DNA of 64,000 nucleotides from Dehalococcoidia bacterium UBA5748 (GTDB lineage Bacteria; Chloroflexota; Dehalococcoidia; Dehalococcoidales; UBA5627): NCBI GenBank assembly GCA_002419135.1, contig DIFM01000038.1, positions 1,922 to 65,921 of the forward strand, read 5' to 3'. Shown piece by piece: positions 63,596 to 64,000 of this stretch (position 1 is its first letter; each line of letters starts with the position of its first letter). The notes under the pieces were generated by a model. It saw only the letters and a program-made list of their open reading frames with translations, ran no database searches and was not told where the DNA came from. The position numbers and the translations under genes were made by a program.

Positions 63596-64000
63596 TTGAC
63601 AAGGCCGATTGTAGCTATTGTCGGCAGACAGAACGTAGGGAAATCAACCCTGTTGAATCGTCTGGCAGGCAAACAGCTTTCTATAGTAAGCGATGTGCCC
63701 GGCACCACGCGTGACCGCGTCACGGCTAATATTCCCTGGCAGGCAAGGGAGTTTACGGTTGTGGATACCGGCGGCCTGGAAATCGGAGCCGGGTCTGATA
63801 TGTCTAAGGCTGTTAACCGGCAGGTTATCACGGCTATGGACGGAGCAGACCTGATTATCTTTTTAGTGGATATCAAGGACGGTGTAATACCCTCGGATTA
63901 CGAGATAACCGAGCTGCTTCGTAATTCCAAAAAGCCGGTTTTGCTGGTTGCCAATAAAGCTGATAACGATAAAGTGATTTCCAATGCGGTCGATTTCTAT
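63596..64000 (+). CDS. der: ribosome-associated GTPase Der/EngA, 3'-truncated by window edge
   Basis: …IVAIVGRQNVGKSTLLNRL…, …VVDTGG…, …VANKAD…. TTG start 5 nt after GGAGG. Frame open to base 64000. Confidence 0.9.
   Translation, partial: MTRPIVAIVGRQNVGKSTLLNRLAGKQLSIVSDVPGTTRDRVTANIPWQAREFTVVDTGGLEIGAGSDMSKAVNRQVITAMDGADLIIFLVDIKDGVIPSDYEITELLRNSKKPVLLVANKADNDKVISNAVDFY

Noticed and set aside
63508-63876. 122-aa minus-strand ORF at the window end
   Set aside because: It is antisense to der/engA, whose G1/G3/G4 GTPase motifs read cleanly on the plus strand.

Overview
A 64 kb bacterial chromosomal segment, mostly housekeeping genes in tight co-directional operons. I support about 70 protein genes, 2 tRNAs and 1 IS3-family element. 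Housekeeping content: an OmpR/HK two-component pair, mgsA, degV, paaK+ACT, coaE, rplU-rpmA-rpmE, hisI/hisA, trpS, ispH, nadC/nadB, yajC, miaB, gltX, rluD, lspA, a zur-znuABC-like operon, pyrD, ybeY, mutM, polA, argF and der. The lineage is not determinable from here; a Chloroflexota-like anaerobe is only a guess. Five visibly AT-rich islets sit wedged inside these operons, none with a recombinase gene. (1) An orphan NucS/RecB-like PD-(D/E)XK protein. (2) A membrane protein plus a small XRE regulator that replace most of an rsuA/rluB-type gene. (3) A DpnII/MboI-type restriction-modification cassette next to tRNA-Ser, with an unrecognised 142-aa ORF translationally coupled between M and R. (4) A second type II R-M pair whose stop codon overlaps the gltX start codon. 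(5) A cassette of WYL-domain regulator, small 3-TM protein and divergent Fe-S HhH-GPD (EndoIII-like) protein directly upstream of polA-PAP2-mutM. Islet 5 is my best candidate for an undescribed system, followed by the three-gene R-M cassette. Other points: tandem secreted serpins with different reactive-centre loops; two conserved genes (rplU, nadB) whose only plausible start codon is ATT behind a GGAGG; and at least five families of short palindromic interspersed repeats filling about eight intergenic blocks. No CRISPR array, rRNA or prophage is visible. All domain calls come from motif recognition by eye, and no database search was run.
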